Of a stretch of 64,000 nucleotides of DNA, positions 38,152-50,332 are shown piece by piece; the first letter of the stretch is position 1, and every line of letters begins with the position of its first letter. A program made the position numbers and the translations under genes. The stretch lies in NCBI RefSeq assembly GCF_022539665.2, contig NC_081333.1:2418001-2482000 (forward strand), written 5' to 3'. The stretch is from Daphnia carinata. Its lineage: Eukaryota. The notes below the pieces were generated by a model that saw only the letters and a program-made list of their open reading frames with translations, was not told the origin of the DNA and did no database searches.

Positions 38152-40661
38152 TCAGTGTCGTGCAGATTGGAATTTTTTCTGGTTTTTCTGCATTGAGGTT
38201 TTTACTTTGACAGAGCGTACAAGCCGAGATAACTCCGAGTCCATCTTAGGTTTCTTCGCTTCTCCTTGTTCCTGCTACAGAAAAGGTAAACCATGACGTA
38301 TAGATTACAGGATACAGAAACAGTGTGGCAACATACTGGATGATTTGTTACTTCAGGATTAGGTTCACTCTTTCTCCGTTTTTGTTTTTCTAGCAAAATA
38401 GTTTCCATGGCTTCCGTTTTCTTGAAATTGGAGTCGGAAGGATCCAAATTAAAATGATGAGAAGTAAATAATGCTGCAAATCTAGCATCGTCGACCTGAA
38501 TCTGATTTTGAAAATGCGACAATATTAAATTATGAATTTCAAAACGATGATTTAATCAAAACACTACCTTAAAATCGTCATTTTTAGGTTTTTCGGTTTC
38601 ATTCGTTTTCTTTGTACCCTTTTTGGCGGATCGTTTTTCGTCTTTGATGATGGACTTAAGGTTAAAATGCCGCTTGCCGTCATTATCGTCCATCAAAAGT
38701 AATTCGAGTTCAGCGGCTTTGGTTGCCTCATCAGCAGAATAAGACGTCTCTTCTACCTTTTTACTCTTCGAATTCGGCTTCTTTTTACGGAAATCTTCTT
38801 TCTCAAATTCTTCCTTGAAGTATGGGTCGTTCATGTCGATATCAGAGGGTATGTCATCACATTCTTCTTCGTCATCGGAAGGCGACGCAATTTCTATCTG
38901 TTTCTTTTCTTGTCGTTTAGCCTTTCGCTTCTCTCTGCGCTTGGCTAACTGCTGTTCCCACGGAGTTTCCAGCGCTTTCTCTGCCATCTTCTTTTTAACC
39001 ATCTCTTCAGCTTTGCTTTGGAGTCCAACACCCCAACTAATTTCCATTTCTACGTCGCCTTTGTTCTTCTTTGCCGTTTCTTCAGACTGAGCGATTGTAG
39101 CCAACAAATTCCGATATTTAGCTATTCGTTCGCTCTCGCCTATGCAAGACTCTGCCCCGTCCACTTCTTCGTCGTCAACGAGGCTTTTTGTTTTTATCGG
39201 GTTTTCATCTTCGTCTTCCTCTTCGGAAGAAGTAGCCAAAAAGTTTTTAATTCTCTCATCATCTACATCTAATGTTGGTTTTCCGTTCTTGCCCTAGAAA
39301 AAGAAATAACATACAGATTTGTTTTTTAGTTTAGAAACTAAGGACAAGGATACTTTGAAAAGCTTTTGCATTGTTTGCATTCTGGAAGGGTCAGTTTCGT
39401 CCCATGTGAGGTGAACTTCAGCTTGTTGCAATGCTGACGTCATGAAAATCTGAGGTTCATACTGTGACACGTCTGGCATGGAATTGCATACATCATGGGG
39501 CTTTTCATCGAAAACCATATCGTCAGGAATGAAACGCAAATCTAGCCTAAATTAGGAAAAAATCTCTCATATAGAGTTTGTTGGTGTCTTAAGGATTTGA
39601 ATGAATGTTCTTACCTTGCTGCACTGGATTCGAATTCTTGTCCGTCACATTCTTCGTATATTTTGTTGGCAGTTTCGGCCGAATCACATTCAACTACAGC
39701 ATAGTAGTACTTGAGTCGATTAATTTGGTATTGTCGCAACTTTTCACGATGGTAGTCGTCTACTTCGTCAGTTTCACCTTTGTCTTCTGTACTAGTTACC
39801 ACATTATGTTTCATCTCAACCAATTCCTTTGGCCCTAGTACTTCTTCTTCTTTCATTCTTTCTAATCCATATTGAGATGGGAAAATGGTTACATTTCGCA
39901 CACTACCGCCTGTTGAAGCAGACAGAATAGAGAATTATTGCTAATGATGTAATCATACTAATCCACAATATACCTTGAGGAGCAAATGATTGCATAACAA
40001 CCATTAGATCAACAGCTCTAATTCGATCCCAATCCATATTGCAAATTGCTAAACGGAAAGTGGCTGTGTCAGTCTCTTCTGCATCTTTGTCAAGCTCTCC
40101 CCAGTCATGGATAACTTCTTGATCAACTTCTTCTTCATCAGATTCCTCTTCTGATGAAGAACTATCAGAGAACAAGAGGCCTTCCCCTCTAGCATAATCT
40201 ACATTCAAGTCTTGTAATTTTGCTTTCACAGCATCATTCAACTCCAGTGTTGGTTCATCTTTATCTTCTTGTACATCAGATACATGGAATCCATTTACAA
40301 TTTTTGTGTTATTCTTCAAGATGGGTTTTGTTGGTTTCTTTGCCTTTTCTTGATTTTCGTGATCTTCAATTTCAATTTCCTTTTCAACATCACTATTCAA
40401 ATCTTCTTCATCAGCATCATTGTTCTCTGCATCACTATCTTCTGATTCGATTTCATAGAAATCTTTCAATTGTTCGTTACTAGTGAGATTGGATGGTTTG
40501 CCACGTTTGTCGACGGTGTACTTTAACTTGAACTGTCGCTCATTGAACATGGCATTGAACCGCTTGTCAACAACGACTTTCCTAGTAGAGGCAGGCACTC
40601 GACGAAAGCGAGGATCCTTGCCAATATTAGCGAAACGCTTATCGTTTAAGGCAGAATCCAT
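38152..40661 (-). CDS. ESF1: ESF1 nucleolar pre-rRNA processing protein
   Basis: DKRFANIGKDPRFRR..KVVVDKRF..FKLKYTVDKRG; RLAICNMDWDRIRAVDL; KLRQYQINRLKYYYAVVECDS; LTWDETDP; NUC153-like DARFAALFTSHHFNLDPSDSNFKKT. Last exon ends at TGA 38152. Confidence 0.95.
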
Positions 40662-40977
40662 TTTTGTCTTGTGCAATTTTTTAATAACGAAAAACAACAA
40701 CTACTTGCTTTCCACGTTTTAAGAGGTTCTATCACACACGTGAAATTGAAAAGACTCGACATGTGCAGACGACACTCTTCAAAAATCGATTCTGCAATCG
40801 ATCAATGAGGAACAACAAATGTTATTGCAATTGATAAGAGATGCAAACAGCCGCACGTATTTCCAGTCATTTCAATTGGAAATACGTCTTCAAATCTCTA
40901 CTCTATAATGGGTGCTTTGCAACATAATACAGACTAAATATTAAAAAAGTAATAATTTAAAATAGCATAACAAGAAA

Positions 40978-41030
40978 GTTTTGAACCCGTGAAATCAGCA
41001 TGGCATACGCGAACTATACCTCAGCGCCAT
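40978..41030 (-). pseudogene. Degenerate tRNA-derived sequence
   Basis: Minus strand tggcgctgaggtatagttcgcgtatgccatgctgatttcacgggttcaaaac: A-box-like and B-box-like motifs at tRNA spacing. Confidence 0.4.
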
Positions 41031-41115
41031 ACACCACTTGGACATACTATATACATATGTACATAATGTGCCTATTTGAACGGGTGACACCCAAAGTAAA
41101 ATTTGGTTGGAATGT

Positions 41116-41187
41116 GCGGTCCTGGCATAATGGCTATGGCCCTCGCTTGGTAATCTGAAGACCCGGGTTCAAGTCCCGCCACTGCCA
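41116..41187 (+). pseudogene. tRNA pseudogene or tRNA-derived SINE head
   Basis: A box tggcataatgg, B box/T arm ccgggttcaagtcccg, partial acceptor pairing gcggt/actgc. Anticodon stem is unpaired. Followed by short caagattc..catctcaacg repeats and a purine tail. Confidence 0.6.
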
Positions 41188-41547
41188 ATTTCGAAGCCTT
41201 TCAAGCTCCCCTCCCACCCACCACCGCCCATCAATGAAGATTCTTCACAACGGATTCGCAAGATTCATCTCAACGGAGCAATATTCTACATCTCAACGAA
41301 TTACGCAAGATTCTACATCAAGAAAGAAGAAGAGGAAAGGAAGAGAGCCCCGTAATTTTTTTGTATGCACACCAGTACGGCGTACAGTAGTAGGTAGGCA
41401 GGTTAGTAATACTTAAACTTTTTAAAATACTTAAATTTCCAATATGTATCCGTTTTTGGCGATTACAACACTATTTAGCTGCTTTCAACAATTAAAGAAA
41501 CTTAGATCTTTTTATTTTTTAAGCACTTTTCAACGCGCTTCTTTAAT

Positions 41548-42950
41548 TTAGAATGGAATATGAAAAGGGAACTCCGGACTTTCTGTTGCCCTTCAAACGA
41601 AAAGAAAAATTTTTGAATCATTACTAAAGATACGAAATTTTTAACAATCTAAGTAAATCTGAACTATGACTTACTCGGCTAGAAATTTAAAATCGAATGT
41701 CCTATCATTTTTATCCAAGCTATCCAGCTTACTAATTTCAGAATCCGATAAAACAAAATCGAAAACCTGTCAATTCAATAAGATGTTAGACAACGTATCG
41801 AATTTTAAAGAAACAAAGTCTAAAATTACCCCCAAATTTTCCTGAATTCGAGTTTTTGAAACACTTTTTGGTATAACGACGACATCTTCTTGTATTAAAT
41901 GGCGGAGAAGAATTTGAGCAGGAGTTTTTGAGTGTTTCTGGGCGATTTCCAAGACTACGGGGTCTTCAAGTACACCTGGAATTGCGGGTGGCCTAAAACA
42001 ATAGTACAAGAAGAACAATTTTATGTGAATTTAATACGCAAGCAGTAGGCACTACTTACGGTAGTCCACGTTTAGCGTTCAACTCAATCCTTCCTTTTGA
42101 CCCAAGTGGGCCATAAGCGCAAACTGTAATGCCGTGTTTTGCGCAAGCGGCTCGTAACAACTTTTGCTGAAAATATGCATGCAGTTCCACTTGTAAGTTC
42201 GCAGGCTTGATCCGGGATGCTTGCACAATCCTTTCGATTTGCTCGCTATTAAAGTTAGACAAGCCAATTGATTTTGCGCGGCCGGCATCCACTTGAGCTT
42301 CCATTGCCTATCAAACATTATAATACGGATTGAATAGCATTATTTACTACGAGGCTAGCATTAACTTTTTACCTTCCACAAGGCAACAATATCGGTTGTC
42401 ATATCAACTTTGGCTTTGCCCTCTTCGTCACGGGGAAAAAGGTCCGTGTCGTCTTTTCCAGGGAGAAATCCGACGGGGAAATGTATCAAGTACAGATCCA
42501 CATAATCTAGCTTCAAACTTTCAAGCGAAAGCTTTATAAATTTCTCTACTTTGTCAGGAGAGTTTCCAATCAGCGGCAGCTGGTAAGCAAATAAAACATT
42601 TTTAACTAATCGTTCATTTTCATTGTGCTGAATTTCAAACTTACTTTTGTGGTTATAAAAAGCTCTTCACGTTTCACTTTACCAGCTTTAATCCATTCGT
42701 CAATCACTTCGCCGATGGCCCCCTCATTTTGATAATTGAAGGCTGTATCAATATGACGATAACCTGCTTCAAAAGCCCATTGAACAGCTGCTTTAACTTC
42801 CTCATCTGGTGCCTAATGTAATCAAAAACTGCTATACAACTCAGAATATTCGAATAAAAATGCGTATATCAATACCTGCCAAGTTCCTAGTCCGACCAGG
42901 GGCATACCGTGGCCATTCCAAAAGGAAATATCCGTTTTGAGGTTCGTCAT
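41548..42950 (-). CDS. Aldo-keto reductase (AKR1-like)
   Basis: MPLVGLGTWQ, GYRHIDTAFNY, REELFITTK, YVDLYLIHFP, AKSIGLSNFN, NLQVELH, AYGPLGS, AQILLRHLIQ..VIPKS; ends PEFPFHIPF*. Confidence 0.94.
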
Positions 42951-43423
42951 CTTTAGCTCTGGTACCTGTGGGAAAACTAAAACATTAAGATACACAGCAG
43001 AAATTGAAAACACTTTTAAAGCTATACAATATAACGATCAATAGCGTTTCAGAAATACCTTCTTATCATCAAGTAGGATAAGTTATCTGAATGCTGATTA
43101 ATTGCACGATCAGACCGCTTGACGTATCGTAGAGAGTGAGCAATTTATCGAGACGCGAAAGGTGATAAGGCAAATTTTAACGTGAGTGAATCCCGCTGTA
43201 GGGCGCACGAATAATGAAAAGCCCGACACCTGTCGTATTTGTTACGAAGCGCAGGTAGCATAACAGGGACGCTATGTAATTTTTAATATCACGAATACAA
43301 TAAATAATTGAATAGGATATTCTTATTCGGACTTTCTATCGAATACATGAATGCAAGCAAGCATCGCAAGATTAGTGAAATCCACTGTAACAATAGGATT
43401 TCAAAACCGAACATCTTGTTGAC

Positions 43424-43437
43424 GTTACCATGGAGAC
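43424..43437. promoter_or_regulatory. RFX X-box upstream of calaxin/EFCAB1
   Basis: gttaccatggagac, a canonical-type X-box ~60 bp before the ATG at 43496. Confidence 0.7.
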
Positions 43438-43495
43438 TTCTCTAATGTATAATTCGTAGGTTGCTATCGAATTTAGCAGTAAGAAATCTTGCATA

Positions 43496-44632
43496 ATGAA
43501 GAGTGCACGAAAAAAAGCGAAAGCGGTACCAAAATTCATCGGTCGTTTCAATCCAGCCGAAGCTCAAGCTTTAGGCAGAATATTTCTTAAAATAACAGGT
43601 ATACAGCCCTTTAATTAATTTAATAAAGATTAAGAAGGCAGTCTGTTTCTCTTTGGTGTCCGTTCTTTACTTTACTTTCTTAAAACAAATTTGTTGGTGT
43701 GTTTTTATCTTGATAACAGATTCAGGTCGATTGGACAGGACTCAGTTTCGTGATATTTTGTAAGACGCCTCCACGTATTCCTTTAATAAGCATTATCCGT
43801 GGACGATCAATAATTTTTGTGCAGGCACTCAACGTTCGACATGAACGACGATTCATTAATGGACCGCATATTCCGTACCTTTGACCACGATTCCGATGGA
43901 TATCTGACTTGCAACGAATGGCTGACCGGACTTTGGATATTTTTAAAGGGAAATGTCACAGAGCAAACAGCATACTGTTTCCAAGTACAAAATTTGCAAC
44001 AGTAAACTCGCTAAGCTCCATTATGCATTCTCGATTTCTTAAGGTCTACGACATTGACGGTGACGGATACTTGTCAAAAGGGGATCTGTTTCAGCTATTG
44101 AAATCCAGCCTACGTCCCGCTATAGCTAAAGCGATGCCGTTCGGTCAGCGAGGAGGTAATGAACAGACTCCAGCCGATTCACCAAGAACTGCACGAAGTC
44201 ACAGGCAAATCACGCGGGGACACACAGAAGAGGTGGATAAAGAAATTGATTTGGATTTAGTCGATGAAGACAAACCGTCAGGTAAAGAAATAATCGAAAA
44301 GCTGTGCAATTGTTCAGGATTCCCTTAAGAAACATAACAGAAACTTGCGCTGAACGAACGTAGGTGGCCCGACCGCAGCGGTTATGGGAAACAATGAAGA
44401 CGACCCTGACGAGGGTCCTAGGGATCTAAGTGAAATGGCGTTAGGTCTTTTAGACCGAGACATGGACGGTCGAGTATCATTAGAAGATTTCCTTCAATCA
44501 GTCCAGAACGATTACCTCTTGATGGAAATTTTGGGATCTTGTTTGCCATCGGGCGCAAGGGCTGCGGCTGTTCTGGCCGCGCTGAGTGGCAATGGAACGC
44601 TTCCTATTTCTGTTCCTCCACCTTCCACATGA
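43496..44632 (+). CDS. EFCAB1: Calaxin / EF-hand calcium-binding domain protein 1
   Basis: Spliced translation [112 protein letters not shown] follows the calaxin motif order. Confidence 0.88.
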
Positions 44633-44994
44633 ACATTCAAGCTCTTCGCTTTGTTTTTTTTTTAATGTATCTGATATAGCTAGACAGTTGACGAGTTTAC
44701 CTTCTTTGGTACTTGATTATCATAACATTACTGTTTGCACGTTATTATTTATAGACTAATACCCAGTGCGCAAAATACACAAAATGTCGGAAAAACCAGA
44801 GAAAAACCAGTTTTCGTTTACGGAAAAACCACTTCTTATTCATATCTTTTAAAGAAAAGTAAATAAAGTGATCGTAGTACGAATGGATAACTAATATCTG
44901 ACGTACAGAGTATATAGACCTATCAGTTCTCGCTGATACTTGGACTAGTACTGGCACGCTCTCTTGTCGCTAAGGCCGCTAAAAAAGAAAAAAG

Positions 44995-46571
44995 ATGTCA
45001 ACCTGCCATGATAACATCACCTTTTGGAATGGACAAAAAATGCCCATTGTTGGGCTTGGAACTTGGCTGGTAACTTTACATCCCCCTGTTTCTTTTACAA
45101 GCTTTCTATTGATTCAAACATCCTTCTCTCGCAGTCTTCGAAAGAAGAAATTCAAACAGCAGTGAACGCTGCTTTAGAAGCCGGTTATCGTCACATTGAT
45201 ACTGCTTATTTGTATTCAAATGAGGACGCTATTGGGGAGGTTTTGCAGCAATGGATCACCTCGGGAAAGGTTAAACGAGAAGAGCTTTTCATCGTTACCA
45301 AGGTATGCAAAATTATTGATTTTGAAACGTGGTTCCGATGCGCTATATTATGCATGTTTCATTAGCTACCAATGATTGGAAATCGATCTGAGCATGTAGA
45401 AAGATTTCTGAAAAAATCACTGCAGAATCTTCGACTAGACTACGTCGACTTGTATCTAATCCACGCACCCATTGGCCTCACCGCCAAACATGACGATGAT
45501 CTTTTCCCCATGAATGCTGACGGTTTTGTTGTGTTGGACAATGATACAGACCTTGTGGACCTTTGGAAGGTATTACAACTACGGGATAAATAGGTTGGTC
45601 TCGATTTTATTTAATTTTTCCCCGCCAATTAGGGAATGGAAAAACAAGTCGATGCTGGCTTGACCAAATCGATTGGTCTTTCCAATTTCAACGAGGAACA
45701 GATTGAGAGAATTGTCAAGGCGGCTCGGATAAAGCCTACAAATCTGCAGGTGGAATTGCATGCTGAGTTCCAGCAAAAATCACTCAGGGATTTCTGCAAT
45801 AAGCATGGAATAACGATCGTCGCTTACGCTCCGTTAGGCTCGCCGGGTCGTAATGCTTTTTATACCAGCGTTGGCATGGCGTAAGTCACCCCTTTAAAGT
45901 GCTTACAAACTTCTCAGTAAAAACTGTAAAATCACATCAAAACCCAACTACAGAAATGCTATAGGGTTTGTACCGCTGTCTTACAGAATATGAGTGGCAT
46001 AAATAATCTTTTACAATTATTACTGCTAATTTTGTTGTAAGACTGATTAACGTTTAATAATGCAGCGTACCAGACCTTCCCGACTTGATCCAAAATCCAG
46101 TGGTTGTCAAAATAGCCGAAAAATACAAGAAATCCAGTGCACAAGTTCTGCTGAGGTACCTGATGCAACTTGGTCTTGCTGTTATTCCTAAAAGTGTCAC
46201 ACCTGCACGTATCCATGCCAACTTCCAGGTACAGTTCTTAGCTATAACCTCTTTATAATGTTAAAATAAGTATACAAAATAAACAAATAAAAAGAGGAAA
46301 ATGGTGGCCTCACTTCAATAACAGTAAATTGTGAATCTTTTAGTTAAAATGTTCTCATTTAATTTGAACTCGACAGGTATTTGACTTTGTCCTATCAGCC
46401 ACTGATATGTCAGAACTAGAAGGGCTAGAGCAAGGAAAAAAAGGACGCACATTTGATCTTGCTACAACTCTCAGAGGGTAACTGTTACTTACGTTTTACA
46501 AAATCGGTTTTAAAGCTAATAATTTGTTTCTTACAATTAGGGCTGACAAACACCCTGAAAATCCTTTTTGA
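44995..46571 (+). CDS. Aldo-keto reductase (AKR1-like), paralogue of 41548-42950
   Basis: MPIVGLGTW, GYRHIDTAYLY, REELFIVTK, YVDLYLIHAP, KSIGLSNFN, AYAPLGS, AQVLLRYL..VIPKS; ends HPENPF*. Confidence 0.94.
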
Positions 46572-47252
46572 GGTCACTAAATAAAAGCTTAATTGTCCTA
46601 CACATTCAGTAATTAGAATAAGGCATGAAACTCTTACCTTTTAGTGTAGGCTATAAATGTGGAATTAGCAAGTTGCTTTCATAACGAGAACTTTTAAAAT
46701 ACACAAGTAAACAGATGGACAACCATTACTCACTGTGTTGAAAATGTGCGCGGAAATGAACATTCCGCGCAATTTATGTGAATATACTGTATCCATCTTC
46801 AGGTTTGTGAAACTATTTTACGAACTCTACAAAACATTCCGCGCAAGGTTAAAACTGCCTACTGACGGGAGACTAGTATTTATAGATAACTTCCGTTACG
46901 TTTTGTCTTATTTCTGTTATTTTAGAAGTTCTGTGCGTCGCCCGCAACTAATTGTAATGTGAGCCAGGAGACGCATTATCAGTAACGCACAAAGCCATAC
47001 TTACAGTACGCTGAATGTATATGAGCAGTTCCTAAAAATAAATCTACAGGTAAATGCTTTTCATGGCCAAGCACTTGGTATCGAACTGTTTTTCATATAC
47101 CCTATCTTGACGCTTAATACAGATGGTGAAAAGTATCAAGTTCCTACGCAAATGTTGTAGATATAAAAACAAGTGTAAATAGAATTGGTTTTAAACAATT
47201 TTTTTTTCACGGAGCAGTTTATTACAGCGCCATGTGAAACAAACATCCACAT

Positions 47253-48097
47253 TTAGATGGTCGACGGGTACATCATCTGTTAAACAAAATTACCAGTCAA
47301 GATTTACTGTTTAATATAACGTTAACTCACAAGCTACTTACGATGCGAACGCGGTGTCCCATAGCGACAGCGGGCAGGTTGGACTTGAATTTAGCTCGTA
47401 CGGCTCCTGCACCTCCATGAGGCCGTGTAACTTTACCCCAGATTGCGCGGATTTTGGATTTCTTTGATTTGTCACCAAGAGATGCTTGGTAGCGTTTTCC
47501 CTATTAGCGTAATCCAGAATAGATCGTTAACAGAATCCAGCCTAGTTTTTAACTACTCTAAAGTTTCATAACACAAGTGATAGTACCTTGTAGACAAAGG
47601 CACACCGCTTGCCAACATAGAACCAGGCATCTTCTTTCTTCTGACATCCCTCAATGGTGAGGAGAGCTGTGTTTTCATGCTGATTCCTCAGACCACGTTT
47701 GTAGCCAGTGAAGATGGCCTTGGCATAGAGCCTAATTTCAAAAATATTGAGATGTTAATGTAGCCAAGAACATGTTGACAGAAGTACAAACAAAAGACAA
47801 CACAATTTTAGGCAAATAATTTAGCATGGATTTGCGGCCGCAGGAATATAGTTGATTACACTGTGGCTATTAGACCATGCATTATCACACACTATGACAA
47901 CAGTAGAAACAACAGTTTTACCTGGAGAATGGCCTTTTGGTAGCCTTCACCTTGCGCTTCTTGATTTTGGTGGCATCTGCTTTCTCTGTAGCCTTCTCGG
48001 CTGGCTTCTTCTCCGCCTTTTTAGTTGTCTTCTCTGGCTTGTCACCGGCCACTTTAGCAACCTTGGTTACCTTTTTCTCGGTCTTCTTCTCCACCAT
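47253..48097 (-). CDS. RpL35A: 60S ribosomal protein L35a (eL33) with Lys/Ala-rich N-terminal extension
   Basis: Not in the ORF track. Exons give [85 protein letters not shown]. Confidence 0.96.
47756..47882 (-). ncRNA. Candidate box H/ACA snoRNA in an RpL35A intron
   Basis: Hairpin 1 gcatgg..ccatgc with internal pocket, H box aaatta, hairpin 2 gcc..tgtgttg..caacatg..ggc, then ACA+3 nt. Lies in an unusually long (~190 nt) intron of a ribosomal protein gene. Confidence 0.72.
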
Positions 48098-48384
48098 TTT
48101 CTAAAGTCAAAATATAAGATGTATAACAGAAAACGAAAATCCTTTAAGGCAATCACGAACCACCCATTATATCTAACAGAACGGAACAGAAATACACGAG
48201 TATAGATAAACAATATGTCAAACATGTGTGATTCGGCAGGACAGTCAAGCTTATATCCATCAAAAGCAATAACATCCGATTCGAAAAACACAAACCGAAC
48301 ATATTTCTAGATTGGTCACAATCCTGAATAGCTTAAATATAGTTTTTAGAAATGATCAACTATCTAACTCACTTTGAGATGCTC

Positions 48385-48400
48385 GAACGAAAGAAAAGTA
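48385..48400 (-). promoter_or_regulatory. TCT/5'TOP polypyrimidine initiator of RpL35A
   Basis: Minus strand acttttctttcgttc followed by a short non-coding exon and gtgagt donor at ~48372. Confidence 0.6.
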
Positions 48401-50332
48401 TAAAAGGATTTCTCACCCGCTTTTTCGGAGACGACTATGGGAAAGACTCGTGACAGTAGTGGCCTCTAGAGCCGAAGAAAAGAAGGAATTCGGCGTAGTT
48501 GCCAAATGAGGAAAAAAACTATGGAACTGAAATGGAAAATGGAATAAACAGTATCCCAAATTCCCGATCCCAAAATCAAAATTCCAAATGCTAGAAATCA
48601 GAAATGTGTTGGAAATTTCTGAATAACATTTTCTTGCATGGATTTATGATGCCAAGTTTTCTTCTCAGACATGATTTGAGGTATTTTATTGATATTTATG
48701 TAATTTTTTGCAATTATTGTGAATTCATTAGGTTCGGCAACATTTGTCGAACGTAGCGAGGCTGTTTCTTGGCGCTTATTCGAACCAGTAAATCACTGGT
48801 ATTCATATCCTTAAACAAATTACACCACCTAAATAACACTAGATGATATAGAGGCAGTCTGCATTTTGTTTGGTAGTAAAAAAGTATAAATAACAAAAAA
48901 ATGCAGTACGTTTAACGTAGTTGAAGTTCGACAGCAATGTAGTGCAACGCGCAACAAATGGAAAATCAGTAGCCATTACACGAATAAATTGATCAAAATG
49001 TCCTTACCATTACGTATGGATAAAACGAGCTTTGTACAGGGTCTAATGGAAACCTTGCACGGACACCATGTCACCAGTTAAGGGTAATAGGCCAAAATTT
49101 AGCACTTGATTCATTGTCGATGACACTGATGTTCAAAAGTGTATTTTAAACTACGCCATACGCCAAAAAACACGAAAATATTTATCAATAGAAAAAAAAC
49201 AAAGGTAAACAGCGGAAAAGGGGAAAAAAAGAAATGAAAAAAAGAAGGATAAGCAAAGTCTTTGGACAGAGAATTTAGGAAAGTAATCTGCAATCAAGGA
49301 GAAAAGGGCATGTACTAGGGTTAGATGAATTTGCTGTGAAGCAAATCAGCAAGTAAACCGTTTGCATCGAAAAAGACGTGAAAGGATCAGTTTTCTGCTA
49401 TGAAGCATACAGAAAACAAAAGGTAAGAAACCAACTCAACTTCGAGAACTACACGTTCCTTTTTCAGATGTCACAACAGTTGATGGGCTCTTCTCCTTTT
49501 CTTCATTCCAATCATGTTTTTCCTTTCCGAAGTTTTTGTGACACAAATCAAATAACGGTGGCCTATTATTAACGAAGGGGGGGGGGGGGGAGGCCTGTTA
49601 CTTGTTGGAAAGGATTAGAGCTCCTGTTTACTGTTATTTATCTTCACGGTTCTGACACCAAGGCGCACGGCAACTTACCGGAAACTGTTTCACTTCTTGT
49701 TTACTTTTTTTTTGCCACCTTGACTGTCGAAGGGATAAAGAGGAAAAAGGAATGGGCGACTTAACAAACAAATAGAAGCATTTTTCGCAAAAAGAATGAA
49801 TCAGCAGGAAGAAAAAGGGACACAGCGCCTTACATCTAGTGTTACACATGGATGCATTTTGCTAACAGTCACACATTAGGCGCTCTTTCATTCAACACAC
49901 ACACACACACACAATATGCATTCACACATCGCTTATTGTTTCTCAATTATCTCTTTCAACCTATAAGACGGTGCAAGACGAGTAGAGGAGGGATGGGAAG
50001 AGACTGGAGGGCACAGGAGGCTGTCCAGCAGGAACAATGTTTGTTTTTTTTTGTCAGGGTAAACGAAGGAAAAGCGCAAACAGATGAACAGCGATACAAA
50101 TGATCGTTGGTTTGATGACACGCCTGATACAAAAATCAAGGGCGGAAAAAAACAAAAACAAAAAAAAAAAAGAAATTAATAATAATAATTAAAAGAAAAA
50201 AAAACAAAGAAAAACAGACAAGGAAAAACAGGGAAAAAAAAAAGAAAAGAATTATATGTACTAATTGTAGATTAGGGGGGGTGGGGGGATTTGGCCGTCT
50301 CCACTGTCTTTCTGAAAGAAAATGTTGCCGTT

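Noticed and set aside
28296..41187. Calling the five tRNA-like sequences functional tRNAs
   Set aside because: Acceptor and/or anticodon stems do not pair, and GGT anticodons are atypical for eukaryotes.
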